From: Dictyostelium discoideum
Taxonomy: Eukaryota
Direction of reading: 5' to 3'
Length of the DNA stretch: 64,000 nt
NCBI GenBank assembly: GCA_000004695.1
Contig: CM000153.2
Span: 1,024,001 to 1,088,000 of the forward strand
In this document: one piece after another, positions 27,350-38,802 of the stretch
Layout: every line of letters begins with the position of its first letter
Numbering within the stretch: the first letter of the stretch is position 1
Program-made: the position numbers and the translations under genes
The notes under the pieces: generated by a model
What the model saw: the letters and a program-made list of their open reading frames with translations, nothing else
The model's database searches: none
Told to the model about the DNA's origin: nothing

Positions 27350-27914
27350 TCATTACATTATTATATACATCTGGATGAGTTGCACTTGAGGATCTTTTCC
27401 ATTCATCGCCAAGTATATTATGGAGTAATACATTTGATAATAACATTTGACCAGATCTAAGCATGCAACCCCAACCACAATCATTATCATACATTGTGTC
27501 ATCAATGCAAGGAAATCCTTGACGGTATGTAAACCAGAGAACTCTGGTAGTGAAATCATTTAAAAATTCTTTAATAAATAATTGATTTTGATTATTATTA
27601 TTATTATTATTGTTATTGTTATTCTCCTGTTGAGAGTTAATAGAAGTGGGTGTTATTGTTGGTGAAGGATCTATATTGTTACTATTTGGGTTGTTGTGGT
27701 TATTGTTATTTACATTTTCATTACCAACAATATCATCATTTGCTTCATTTTTTATTTCTAAATTATCTGCTGTTGATGTTGTTGTTGTTGTTGTTGGATC
27801 AATATTACTGCTATTTTCGCCAATATTGCTATTTATATTATTTATTGTAGTAATTAATCGATTCAATTTCAACAAGTTCTCTGCTAATGACGGTCTATAT
27901 TCATTGTCAAACAT
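26017..27914 (-). CDS. atg4: Autophagy cysteine protease Atg4 (peptidase C54); complement(join(26017..26289,26392..27022,27130..27257,27357..27914)), about 529 aa
   Basis: Exon 1 contains the catalytic Cys context DCGWGCMLRSGQM. Exon 2 (IISMFLDKPSAPFSIHNIAMEGQNLGKNIGEWFAPSIISQTIK) matches the ATG4B segment YSIHQIAQMGVGEGKSIGQWYGPNTVAQ. Exon 3 has PLLILIPMRLGLDGLN and [28 protein letters not shown] (the Asp/His region). Exon 4 has VVAFFCKTKDDFNDF. Donors are GTAATG, GTAAGT and GTGAGT, and the phases are consistent (558+128+631+273 = 1590 nt). A poly-Asn insertion is encoded at 26730-26800. Confidence 0.85.
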
Positions 27915-28848
27915 CCATATTGGTGAATTTGAAAATTGTGGTTGTGCAAGAGTATCTAAATTTTTTTTTTTTTTAAGGGGATTGTGTTAAAATTAAAATT
28001 AAACAAACTAAAAAAAAAAAAAAAAATTATTTTTTATTTTTTATTTTTTATTTTTATTTTTATTTTTATTTTTATTTCTTTTTAAAAATAATACATACTA
28101 CCCGCAGCACCTCTAATTAAATAGAGACAGTTCATCATTAACCTCCTTGGTAATGAACTAAAATTGATGTTTGATAATGAATCTATTTTCGCTTAATCCC
28201 TTTTTTCTTTCAAAAAAGAAAAAAAAAAAAAGTTTTAATTATTATTATTATTGTTGTTGGTTGTTGTTGGTTGTTTTTTACTGTTATTGTTGTTGCTTTT
28301 ATTAATTCTATAAAATTAGGTCAAAGTTTTAATTTGACTTGGTTTCTGTTCACTCAAAACACATTGATATTTGGACAATAACTATAAAAAAAAAAAAAAA
28401 AAAAAGAAAGAAAATAGAAAAATAAAAAATTTTTTATAGGTGAAATAATAGTAGTAAATAGTGGTACTAATGTGTTTTTTTTTTTTGTGTGTGTGTTTTT
28501 TTTTGAGTTTTTGTTTGTAATAAAATATTTTTTTTTTTTTAATTTTTTATTTTTTTTTTTTTTTATATTAAAAAAAAGAAAAAAAAAAATAAAAAAAAAA
28601 TAAAAAAAAAATAAAAAAAAAAAAAATATTTTTTTTAAATTATTCTTGTGAAAATATCTTATTTTTTTTTTTTATAAATAAATATTATTTTTTTTTATAA
28701 ATAAATATTTAATTTTGGAAACCAATAATTATAAAAAAAAAAAAAAAAGTATATATTAAATTTAGAAAAAAAAAAAAAAAAGTAATCAAAATAAAATATT
28801 TTCTATTTTTATTTTTTACTCCCAATTTTTTTGTTTAAAAAAAAAATG

Positions 28849-28880
<32 letters not shown>

Positions 28881-29012
28881 GAAATAAAAAAAAAAAAAAT
28901 TTAATTTTTATAAGAAAAATTTTATTTAAGGTAATTTTGTAATTGGTGTGTGTGTGATGTATGATGAAGTGTGTGAATTAACTATTTTATGTTTTTTTTT
29001 TTTTTTTTTCCC

Positions 29013-29043
<31 letters not shown>

Positions 29044-29163
29044 CCTGATTTTTTTTGGAAACCCCCAATTATTAAAAAAAAAAAAAAAAAAAACAAGGAT
29101 CCAATCCAAGTTTTAATTCTTTCTTTTAATTAATTTAAAAGGGGTTTTTTTTTTTTAGTTTTT

Positions 29164-30032
29164 TTAAACATGAAAAGAATGAGATCTATTCTTAAAAGCT
29201 TTAATATTTCTAATTGTAATTTTTTCTTTTTTCTTTTTTTCTTCTTCTTCTTTCAAGTTTGCTTGGTATAATTTATCATCCATTCTGATGTAATTACCTT
29301 CACACATATCACCTTGGAAACTTTCAAAGAATTTCTTATAACCTCCATTTAATAGATAAATCTCAGGATAGTGAATATTTGGATACTCATTATGTTCACG
29401 ATCCAACTCTCTAAATAGAGAATAACAATCTGGAGCTCTCTTTGAAGAGAATTCACAATGGAAAATGATGACATGTTGTTGATTTTTTGGTGTTGGAAAC
29501 TTAAAGAATCTATCCAATACCATTTGTCTTGAACCAGTTGGTGGAATATTAATTGCATTTTTAATATGTCCACCATCATATTCATATTTATATCTACAAT
29601 CAACAACGGTAATAATAGCATTAATAAGAGTTGGATTCTTTAAAAGTTCATAAACTGATTCTGATGAAACTCCATTATAACCTTGACGACCTGATAATTG
29701 TTTTAATAATTTTGCTTTAAATTGATCATCCTGTTGATCTTGATCTTGTGTTAAATTATTATTATTATTACTATTGCTAATATTACGTTGTTGTTGTTGT
29801 TCAATAATTTTAGCAATATTACTATTTACATTATTAATTTTATCTAATTTGTTAGTATCATTTTCATTTTCATTATTATTGTTAGTATTTGAAGTATCAA
29901 CTGGTTTTGGTAATGAATTTGAAGAAATATGAATATCAGGTGATTGTCTTGAAATAAAAGATGATGACATTGATAGAGGACGTGGTGGACGTTGTGAACT
30001 AATAGAGTTTGAACGTGAAAAATATGAAGAGA

Positions 30033-30072
<40 letters not shown>

Positions 30073-30533
30073 TAAATTTGCATTACTATTCAAATTTTGT
30101 TGAATAGCAGCCAAAGTATTTGTTACAGAAATGGTGGTTGTGGTGGTGGTGGTTGATGATGATGATGATGATGAGTTAGAAGTGGTGTTGGTAGTATTTT
30201 CAATTAAAACATTTTGTTGTTTTGGAGAGGATGAAGGTGAAATTAAACCGGTTGAACTAGTATTATTATTATTGGTTTGAGTAGAAAAACAAGAACTATC
30301 TTCATCAAGCAAATGTGAAGAAAATTTTGTGAAATCCAAACAAGTTCTAGAACGTTTACCGGTTTGTTGACTATTACTGATACTATTAAAAATAGCTGAT
30401 GAGTTTGGTGAGTGAAATGATAATTTACTTGGAGTTTTATATGGTGATCCTGAAATTTGATCTAAACTAGTATTTGGTGAATCATCTCTATCTTCACTGG
30501 TTGATTGATTATTTAAATTATTACTATTGGTTC

Positions 30534-30627
<94 letters not shown>

Positions 30628-31102
30628 TATATTATTAAAAATTCTATTTACAAGTGGAGTTGGTACCATTGGTGATAATTCAGGACTTGATGGGTAATAT
30701 TGTTGTTGATAAGGTGAAAGAAAAGATAAAGAAGATTGAGAACGTTCACGAGTTTGAACTATTGGAATTGATTGAGATGGTGATGATGATGGTGAGTTGT
30801 GATGTTGTCTCATTGAACTTACGAGTAAAGGTGGATTTAAAAGTACAGTGGCAGATCTACCCAAATGTAGGTAGGTTGTAGAGTTTGTTGCATTCAATGA
30901 TGATGATAATGATAGTGATAATGATGGATTAATTGGTGTTGGTGTTGGTCTAACCAATTGAATTGGTGTTGGTGGTGTATCATCCTCATCATCCTCACCT
31001 CCTTCCTCATCTGATAAACATAATGATCTATTATAACTATATTCTTTAACTGGTGTACTAATCAATACAATTGATTCATCATTAATTGAAATGTTACTAT
31101 TA

Positions 31103-31181
<79 letters not shown>

Positions 31182-31323
31182 TTTCTAATAGAGAAAATAA
31201 TGATGGAGCTGAAGAAGATAACATTTGTGGTGGTAATGAATTTGAACTATTAAATTTATGTGGAATTGAATTTGAAGATAATGAATGAGCAACTGTTGGA
31301 ATTGTTGGTCTATCTTGATTTAA

Positions 31324-31392
<69 letters not shown>

Positions 31393-31767
31393 AATAGTCA
31401 TATTGTTATTTTCAACACTATTTGAACTTTTACCATCAAAAGTTGAAGATTCATCAGTTGACTTAGTATTATTATTTTTATTTTTATTATCATTGGTGGT
31501 GGTATCAATATCAAATTGATGAAAATCTGAAATACAAAAAGTTTTAGATCTATAAGTCATAACATCTGGATCGCTCATACCCAAAAATGTTGATAAATCA
31601 GTGGTTGATCTTGAGTGTTTTGGTGAATCGGCATGTAAAGAGAGACTATAAAAGTTTTTTGATAAAATTTGAGAATTTCTCTGTTTTTTTTGTGGATTTT
31701 CACCATTATTGGTATTATTATTATTATTATTAATATTATTGGTATTAATATTATTATTGCTATTATC

Positions 31768-31824
<57 letters not shown>

Positions 31825-32325
31825 TATACTATTATTAGAGGAAATAGTATTTGACGCTATTAAATTTGGATCCTCTAAAAAAGTTGAGGAACTTGGAGTT
31901 GAAATTTCACTACTACATGAACTACTTGAGTTTGAGTGAAATCTTGGGGAAACACCACGTGGTGATAGTGGCCTAAAGCCAATTGAAAAAATATTATTAT
32001 TATTATTATTACTACTTGTAGTGGTACTATTTAAGGTTTTGGTTTGAATTTTTAATGGAAAACTATTAACATTACTATTAATATTTGACTGGTTTATACT
32101 ATTTTCTTTATTTGATTCGATATCAAAATTGGAATTAAATTTATTGTTATTATTATTATTATTATTATTATTAATATTATTAATATTATTATTAGCAGGA
32201 GTAAAGGTAATGGTGGCAGCAGTGGTGGTATTATTATTTATGGCAGTGGAGATACTGTTAGCAGCAGCGGTGTTTGAAGAATTTGGAAATTCAATCTCAA
32301 ATGATTGATTTTCTGTTGGTCCCAT
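29164..32325 (-). CDS. Cdc25-type dual-specificity phosphatase (rhodanese catalytic domain) with ~850-aa low-complexity N-terminal region, 1053 aa, single exon
   Basis: The C-terminal rhodanese domain has the CX5R active site IIFHCEFSSKRAP (cf. Cdc25 HCEFSSERGP), preceded by VVDCRYKYEYDGGHIKNAINI. The N-terminal ~850 aa are Asn/Ser/Thr/Pro-rich, with several (AAT)n runs at 30040-30070, 30540-30640, 31100-31180, 31330-31390 and 31780-31830. Confidence 0.8.
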
Positions 32326-32346
32326 GTTTTATTTTTCTTTTTCTTT

Positions 32347-32389
<43 letters not shown>

Positions 32390-32861
32390 ATAATTATTAT
32401 TAGTTTACTAGTTTATTATTATTATGATATTTTTATTAGGAAATGTAAAAAATAAAAAATAAAAAATAAAATTTATTTTATTTTATTTTTTTTTTTTGAT
32501 ATTTGTGGAAAAAAAAAAAAAACTAAAAGTAATTAATTAATTATTTATTTATTCAATAAATATTTGGTAATAAAAAAAAAAAATTAGTATATATTTTTTT
32601 AAATTTTTTTATGTTAATTTTTATTAATTTATTAATTTATTTATATTTATTTATTATTATCTGGATAAAATTTAATAAAAATTTAATGGGATTGAGAAAT
32701 ACGAAAATAACTCTTTGGTGGTTGTTGTTATTTTTATATGGAGTTTTATGTGTGTGTGATTTGACTTTACAAAATAATTAAAATAATTAAAATAGATATA
32801 AATTTAATTTAAATTAAATATGAACACAACTAATATTTTTTTTTTTTTTTTATTATTTAAA

Positions 32862-32897
<36 letters not shown>

Positions 32898-33425
32898 CTT
32901 TTTTTATATCGATAACAATAAATTGATAAAAAACACTTTCAAATAATTAAGTGCTATTTTTTTTTTATTATTGTTATTTTAATCAATTAAAGATACAAAC
33001 AAAGGGGTTATGAAGTTGTGTGCTAAAAAAAAAATGAAAAAAAAAAATAAAAAAATAAAAATTTTCACAAAACATCCACACAAAATTTAAATTCCAGGTT
33101 TTTCAAAAAAAAAAAAAAAAAACAACGGCTAAATTGAGATCTAAAAAAGTGGGTAAATTCTTTTTTGCTATTGTTTCCATTTTTTTTTTTTTTTAATTTT
33201 TTTTTTTATGCATTTGATGTGAATGTACTAGTAAAAAACATATTTTAGGAATGGGTGCAAAGACGATCCAAAAAAAAAAAAAAAAAAAAAAAAAAATGAA
33301 TTAAAAAAAAAAAATGAATTAAAAAAAAAAAAGATATGCAACCCAATGTTTAATAACATACTTTGTGTTGTTGCATAGGAAATTAAATTAAATTAAATAA
33401 ATTAAATTAAATAGAATAGTAGAAA

Positions 33426-33485
<60 letters not shown>

Positions 33486-33924
33486 CAGTTAAAAATGATG
33501 AAACTGATTATTTTATAATATTATTAAGTTACAGCTATTATTATTACTACTATCATTAATATTATTTTTTTTTTTTTTTTTATTTTTATTTTTTTTGAAA
33601 TTTGGTAAATACAATAATTATGCACACAATAAAATATTTTTTTTTTATTAAAATTGAAAGGAAAAAAAAAAAAAAAAACCAAAAAAGCACAATATTATTT
33701 TTTTAAAAATTAATGGAATGATTGGGATAATAAATCTGATTAAACACTACTTTATGTTTATATATATATATATATATATAAATATTTAATTTTTAATTTT
33801 TTTTTTTTATAAAAACTTGCAACACATACTTTTTTTTTAAAAAAAACAAAACATGATCTTCAAAAAGAGAAAAGAAAAAGAGAAAAAAAAAAAAAAAAAA
33901 AAAAAATTAAAAAACAAGCCGTAG

Positions 33925-33958
<34 letters not shown>

Positions 33959-34090
33959 AAAATAAAAAAAAAGTTTTTTTTTTTTTTTGAAGTTTAAGAA
34001 ATAAAAAAAATGGCCCGGGGTTTTTAAAAAAAAAAATCCCATAGTTTTAATGGGCGAAAAAACCCCCTTTATAAATTTTTTGGGGGGAAG

Positions 34091-34129
<39 letters not shown>

Positions 34130-34499
34130 TTTGTGGGGATGTGGTTATAAAAAAAAAAAAAAAATAATTAAGTGATAGACAATGAAAATGGGAAAAGAAA
34201 AAAAAAAAAAAAAAAAAAAAAGAGATCGCAGAGGAAATGGTGCTTACCTGATCTTAAAAAAAAAAAAAAAAAAAAATAAAATTAAAAATAAAATAAAATT
34301 AAAAATAAAATTAAATTAAAAAAATATATATCTTTTTTTAATTGAAAATGAAAAGTGATCGAAAAAAAAAAAAAAAAAAATCTGCAAAAATGACAAGTTT
34401 CATAAAAAAAAAAAAATTCCACAAAAACCAAACGACAAAAAAAAAAAAAATTTTTAAAAAAAGAGATATTATTGGCTCCCAATTTATTTTACCTAAAAA

Positions 34500-34599
34500 N
34501 NNNNNNNNNNNNNNNNNNNNNNNNNNNNNNNNNNNNNNNNNNNNNNNNNNNNNNNNNNNNNNNNNNNNNNNNNNNNNNNNNNNNNNNNNNNNNNNNNNN
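34500..34599. other. Assembly gap (100 N)
   Basis: A run of exactly 100 n characters. Confidence 0.99.
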
Positions 34600-34996
34600 G
34601 GGAATTTTTTTTTTTTTTTTTTTTATATTTCTTTTTCTTTTTTTTTTTTTTAGGTTTTTTTTTTTATATTATTTTTTTTGTTTCATGTGCAAAAATAATT
34701 ATTATAAACATGATCACCAAACTCTACTTACTATTTAATTATAATTGATTTTAGTGTTAACCAGGTGTAAAGAATTGAAGCATCAGATAAATAATTTATA
34801 ACAATAAAATTTTTTTTTTTAATTTAAAAAGAAAGGAGAAAAAAAAAAAAAAAAAAGTTATGATCATTTTTTTTTTATTCCAAATTTATTATTAATTTTT
34901 TTTTAATTTTATTTTTTTTTTTTATTTTTTTTTTCTTAGTTATTGTGTCATATGAGACTGCGCACCCCTATAAACTCAATAGTTTTTTTTTAATGG

Positions 34997-35030
<34 letters not shown>

Positions 35031-35472
35031 TTTAAAAAATAATATTTGCAATGATTTCAAAAATAGTTTAAGCGCATCTCTTTTTTTTTTTCACCATTTC
35101 GATTTTTATTTGTTTTTTTTTTTTTTTTTTTTTTTTTTTTTCTAAACATCATATTTTCTTAATTTATGTTCAATGAAACAATTTGTTTTTTTTTTTTTTT
35201 ATTATTAATTTAATTAAATTAATTATACCATTTTTTTTTTTTTTTTCTAAAGCACTAATACCAAATTTTAATCAATAGCCACCAATTTTAATGGATTCCA
35301 AAATTCAAATCTTTTTTTTTTTTTTTTATTTTTTTTTTCCAAAAAATTTTGATTTCAATTAATTATCGAAGAAAAATCCCAATTTTATTTGTTATTGGTT
35401 TAAAATATAAAAAAAAGTTCGGAACCAAGTTTATTAACGACTAAAAAAATAAATTCAAGTAATGGGTAGATA

Positions 35473-35522
<50 letters not shown>

Positions 35523-36449
35523 TTTAAACCTTTTCCAATTTTATTTTGGTTAAAAAAATTATCCCAAAATAAAAAGTTCCCTTTGGGAAAAAAAAAAAAT
35601 CCGGGAACCCCAAAACCAACCAAAAGGTTTTTTTTTTTTTAAAAAAAATCCCCAAATTAAAAATTTAAAAAAAAAAACGGGGCAAAAAAAAAAATTTTTT
35701 TTTTTTTCTTTTATTTAAAAGCCAATCATTCGGTTGTTAATTAAAAATAATAATTTAGTAGGGCAGAAACATAACCCAGAGGATATATTTTTTATTTTTT
35801 TTATTTTTTTTTATTTTTTTTATTTTTTTTTTTATACCAATTTTCAAGAATATCTTGGAACTGGAAAAAAAAAAAAAAAAATAAAATTCAAAAAAAAAAT
35901 TCAAAAAAAAAATTCAAAAAATAAAAACAATCATAGCACCACTTCACACAGCATCAAATAAATTAATTATACTTTTTACAATAAAAACCATGTAGAATGA
36001 CATTTTAGTATAAACCAATTAATGGTGTCAAATCACCCCCTTTCTAACGTAGCAATTGTCTGTTCATCTGCAAATTCAATAAAAAGCGAAAATAAAAAAA
36101 AAAAAAAAAAAAAAAAAAAAATAAAAATAAAAAAAAAAAAAAAAAAAAAAAAAATATCTAAATATCAAACGATTCCATTTTTAATTTATGATAAAATAGT
36201 TTTATAATTATTATTATTATTATTTTCATTTTTTTACTTTTTTTATTTTCATTTTATTTTATTTCATTTTTTTTTTTTTATTTTATTTTTACTTTTTTTG
36301 GTCTTTTTCTTATTTCCTAAATTATTATTTTTATTTTTTTATTTTTTTCTATTTTTTTTTATTTTTTTTTAATTTTTTTAATTTTTTTAATTTTTTTTTT
36401 TTTATTTTTTTTTATTTTTTTATTTTTGAAAAATTTTAATATGTAATAA

Positions 36450-38283
36450 ATGGACACATTTACAATTGAAGAAATAGTGAAATTTGATGGTGGTGGTGGT
36501 GGTATATCAACAATTAATAGTAATAATGACAATATTGGTATACCAAGTAATACCTTTGAAATGATAATATCAACTATTCAACACTTTTTAGATAGATCAT
36601 CATCAGTAGCATCAACGATTGCAGTATTTGTATTATCATTTATATTATTTTTTATGTTTGGTTGGTTTTATTTCTTAAAGATATTATTTAGAGATTATGA
36701 AGTTAAAAAAGTTTTTGTTCAATTATCATTCTCAATTACTTTTGCATTATCATTAACATTATTTGAACTTATTTTCTTTGAAATTATGGATTTTATGGAT
36801 AGAGAGTAAATTTTTTTTTAAAAATCACATAAAAAAAAATATATTTATATTAATTTTATTAATTTTTTTTTTTTTTTATTTTTTTTTTTTTTAAAAAAAA
36901 AAAAGATGGAGATATAGATTTTGGGAATTTGATTTAACATTAATGTCAATTAATTTAATTTTAGTATTACCATATTATCAATTTTATTTATTAGTTTTAG
37001 CATATGGATTTAGTAAGAGGAAAACATTATTTTTTAGTTTAGTACTATTGGTATTATATTTAATTTTATTTTGGAAGATTGGTGATCCATTCCCTATTCT
37101 AAAGGAATATACAGGTTTAGTTTCTTTAGAAATGGGTATTGGTAGAATTGGTATTGTAGGTTGTACTGTAATGTCATTACTATCGGGCTATGGTGCAGTT
37201 TATGTACCTTATAGTTATATCACTTATTTTTTAAAACCTGTAAAAGATGTTACAATTACAAAATTAGAAAAACAATTCAATCATGCTTTAGATAAAATTT
37301 TTAATAAAAAAAAAAGAGTTGTATTATTAAAACGAGAATTAACAAGAAGAAATGTAAATAATAATAATAATAATAATAATAATTATGATACATATAATTA
37401 TAATAACAATTATAATAATAATAGTAATAATAATAATAATAATAATAATAGTAATAATAATAATAATAATAATTTACCAATTATTGGGCCAATATTTTCA
37501 AAAATTTATAATTTATGGAATGTTGGATATCATCATCAATTAAGTAGACCAATTGATGATATTAAACAATTGGAACGAGAAATTAAACAATTAGAAGATT
37601 TAAATCGTGACTTATTCACTCAAATACACGAGTTAAAATTAGAGAGATTAAGAATCCAATTCTCAACAACGCTTCGTGGTAAATTTTATAATTGGTTAGG
37701 TTACTTCTTTTCAATTTATTGTATATATAAAGTAATAATGGTAAGTAGTATATTAACTAAATTGATTATATGTGTATATTAAAAATGTAAATATTTACTA
37801 ACTATTGGAGGGAAAAAAAAGAGTGCATTAAATATAGTTTTCGATAGAAGAGGTGGTATGGATCCAGTTACAAGAGGATTGGATATTGCTTTAAGATATT
37901 TTCATTTTCAAGTTGATGTAACATTTTGGTCTCAACATATATCATTCATTTTGGTTGGTTTAATGACAGCTTCAAGTATTCGTGGTTTTTTAAATCAAAT
38001 TTTAAAGGTATTTCATGAATATTCCAGTAGTTTATCTTCAAATAATATAGTTTTAATATTGGCTCAAGTAATGGGAATGTATTTCATTTCATCAGTTTTA
38101 ATGATGAGAACATCTATGCCTGAAATTTATACAAGATTTATAGTCACTCAGATATTGGGTGATATAGAATTCAGTTTCTATCATCGTTGGTTTGACTTTA
38201 TTTTTATACCAAGTGCAATTATCACAACATTAGCATTGATATTCATGTCTAAATCAAGTACTTTCCACTTAAATGATGAATAA
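36450..38283 (+). CDS. Golgi pH regulator / GPR89 (GPHR, GTG family) multi-pass membrane protein; join(36450..36805,36906..37740,37822..38283), about 550 aa
   Basis: Three track ORFs join through GTAAAT (36806) and GTAAGT (37741) donors and acceptors at 36904..36905 and 37820..37821. Similarity to human GPR89A is strong: FGWFYFLKILFRDYE vs FGWLFFMRQLFKDYE; RYRFWEFDLTLMSINLILVLPYY vs RYFHWKMNLCVILLILVFMVPFY; WKIGDPFPIL; YKVIM|SALNIVFDRRGGMDPVTRGLDIA vs WKIFMATINIVFDRVGKTDPVTRGIEIT; FWSQHISFILVG. A poly-Asn loop insertion is encoded at 37360-37470. Confidence 0.85.
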
Positions 38284-38603
38284 TTGGAAATTACCTTTTT
38301 TTTTTATGTTCTTTTTCATTTTTTTTTTTTTTTAAATAAACACCAAGTAAATTATAATTTCCAAAAAAAAAAAAAAAAAATAAAAATCTAGACTTCCTTT
38401 TCTAAGAATATTTTTATTTTTTTTAAATTTAATTTTTCAATTTTTCAATTTTTTTTTTTTTTTTTTTTTTCAAAAGTTTTTTTTTTTTTTTTTTCAGTAT
38501 CCATAAAAAAAAAAAAAAATATAAAAGTATAGATATTATTTCTTACTTGTAATAATAATAATTTATTAATTAAATAATTAATAAAAGTAGTAATAGTTTT
38601 AAA

Positions 38604-38763
38604 ATGTCAGAGGATAAATCAGGATCATTTTACTCAATGTATAAATTATGTGGTCAACTTGAGAAAGAGTCATCACATTCTGGTAAAACACAATTGATAA
38701 AATCATTTTGTAATGTTTTTAAGTATGTTGATTAAAATTATATTTTTATTAATTTAATAATTG

Positions 38764-38802
<39 letters not shown>

